NCBI GenBank assembly: GCA_024137785.1
Contig: JAHRHZ010000222.1
Coordinates: forward strand, 40,088,865-40,152,864
Reading direction: 5' to 3'
Length of the DNA: 64,000 nt
Origin: Ginglymostoma cirratum
Taxonomy: Eukaryota
Under the pieces are notes generated by a model, which did no database searches, was not told where the DNA came from, and saw only the letters and a list, made by a program, of their open reading frames with translations. Shown here piece after piece: positions 62,400-64,000 of the stretch. Positions within the stretch are counted from its first letter, which is position 1. Every line of letters begins with the position of its first letter. Made by a program: the position numbers and the translations under genes.

Positions 62400-63810
62400 A
62401 CCCACTTGTGCAAATAATTAATAATCATTGTTGTTCACCAGAATGAGGACAGACTCTCTCTCTATGTCCTCAGTATGATCTCACAAAATGGCAGCAGTAG
62501 GAAAACTGAAGAGGCCTTTTCTCAAAGCAACGGGAATGGCATTAGTGTGAGCATTTATACAACGGTAGTCAGTAGAAGCCATGCTTGTATTAGGAACAAA
62601 CAAGACACAGTTTTGAAAGGCATACATTTGGAACAAAATCTGGCTCTTGGAGAAGTCATAAACCAGAATAATCAACAATCAAGCATAGAAATTATTGTCA
62701 ACGATCACCATACACACTTTAAGGTAGACACAGAGATGACAGTTACTCTTTTGTCAGATAGTCTTATATGGCAAAGAGTGGTTAACCTCCAAACTTCACC
62801 TGTCCAACTATTCATCCAGGAGGATTGAACCAGTGAAAGGCCAGCTTCAGTCAATGTTCTAACACAAAGATGGGCAAATTGAGGAAATCCTTTCTGTTCT
62901 CAATGACCAGAGAATAATTGCTATTCAGCAGAGAACTAGGACAGCTCTCAACCTCAGCTGGAAGTGAGCTTAGGCCACAGTTCCTCTGACACTTTACAGG
63001 CCTAGGTATGCTCAACACTGAATATCGCACCATCATCAAATCAATGCCAAACCCATCTGGTTTTTCACACATGGCAAAGTTCCACAACTGTTCCACATCC
63101 ATTTAGAAACAAGGTAATAGTGAATGTTAGAATAAAGCTTAGAAAGGACATTATTTTAAACTTACGCAGCTGATTATATGATGCTCAGCACTTGTGCCTG
63201 CTCCCAAACCAAATAGCTCCATTTGGACCTCTGTCAAATTAACACATTTCAACTAAGCAGTGAGATATATCCAGCAGCATCTACGGACGAAAGTCTTGCT
63301 AAGCTCACAAACAGCATAGTTTTCATTAAGTTAAATTCAAGTAGCAGTTTCTGGCAAATTCCTCCAGACCAGAATTTAAACTTCAACTCCGTGCCCTTTG
63401 GCATCACATTTTTCAACAGTCAATGTACACCATATTAGAAAGCATGGAAAGCCATGTTTGTGACATGGATGACATTCTCATCCATGGGTCCCCTAAGGCT
63501 CAATGTGATGATACATTACAGAGAGGACAGTCGGTTCTGATATACTGTGATAGTTCCGTTCTTGTGCAATCTCGTGTTATAAGAAAAGTGCACAATAGCC
63601 CCACCGTTTAAAATAATGGGGACAGAATCACATTGTAGCCAACACAGGTAAGGAAAGTTTGTGTTATACAAATAGCGGTCTAAATTCGGCAATTGTGTTA
63701 AAGCTAGTATGCATTGAAGAAACGCGCGTTATGGTGGAACTGACTGTATTGAGTAAGTTATAAAGTGCTGCTTTGACGCTTAACGAAAAGTGCAATTTCT
63801 CCAAGGAAAT
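62400..63810 (+). mobile_element. Degenerate Gypsy gag/pol relic (protease and RT)
   Basis: FKVDTEMTVTLL (protease), DESLAKL...FIKLNSSSSFWQIP, VPFGI, CDMDDILIHG, and VLSKL*SAALTLNEKCNFSK after the MITE. Confidence 0.85.
63528..63746. mobile_element. Tc1/mariner (pogo/Tigger-like) MITE inserted in the Gypsy RT
   Basis: Imperfect TIRs CAGTCGGTTC... and ...GAACTGACTG; TA on the right flank, GA on the left; RT sequence resumes after it. Confidence 0.75.
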
Positions 63811-64000
63811 GACCAAAGTCTTCAGCCATCTTGTTCAGCTAGCAGGAATAATGATAAACCCATTGGCCCAAACTGGAGACTGTTCTACCTCATTTATATC
63901 TTTATTTGGGTAGTTTGCTTTTGCTTTACTGTGGCTGCATCCTGCATTGGCAAATTTACTGAAAGTGATCTAGTTGCTTAGAATAAAAGCATTCAGTTTT

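Noticed and set aside
1-64000. CRISPR-like arrays, operons or other prokaryotic systems
   Set aside because: No regularly spaced repeat-spacer structure and no gene-dense organisation; the sequence is vertebrate repeat-rich DNA

Overview
AT-rich, repeat-dense vertebrate DNA, intronic or intergenic. The repeat families (HE1-type V-SINEs, Deu-domain SINEs, abundant CR1 LINEs, Penelope-derived foldback elements) point to a cartilaginous fish, probably a shark; this is an inference. I find no intact protein-coding gene, RNA gene or CRISPR array, and the ORFs I can recognise are transposon debris. Main elements: a young 5'-truncated CR1 LINE (about 23.4-25.95 kb, minus strand); a Penelope-like RT/GIY-YIG element; an older CR1-group LINE whose 3' tail is shared with a 4-copy SINE family; a two-LTR Gypsy element nested in another Gypsy gag; other Gypsy relics and solo LTRs; PIF/Harbinger transposase and Myb/SANT relics; a Rex1/Babar tail; and a Tc1/pogo-type MITE. 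Best leads: (1) foldback elements with minimal hammerhead-ribozyme cores; (2) a Gypsy element whose tRNA-Ser primer-binding site runs directly into a SINE tRNA-like head; (3) sparse minus-strand host signals (a ZNF143 motif beside a candidate exon, an 18-nt microexon-like unit), an extended CTCF site, and a TE-poor enhancer-like block. I cannot support a claim of a new biological system. Boundaries of old repeats are approximate and all alignments were done by eye.
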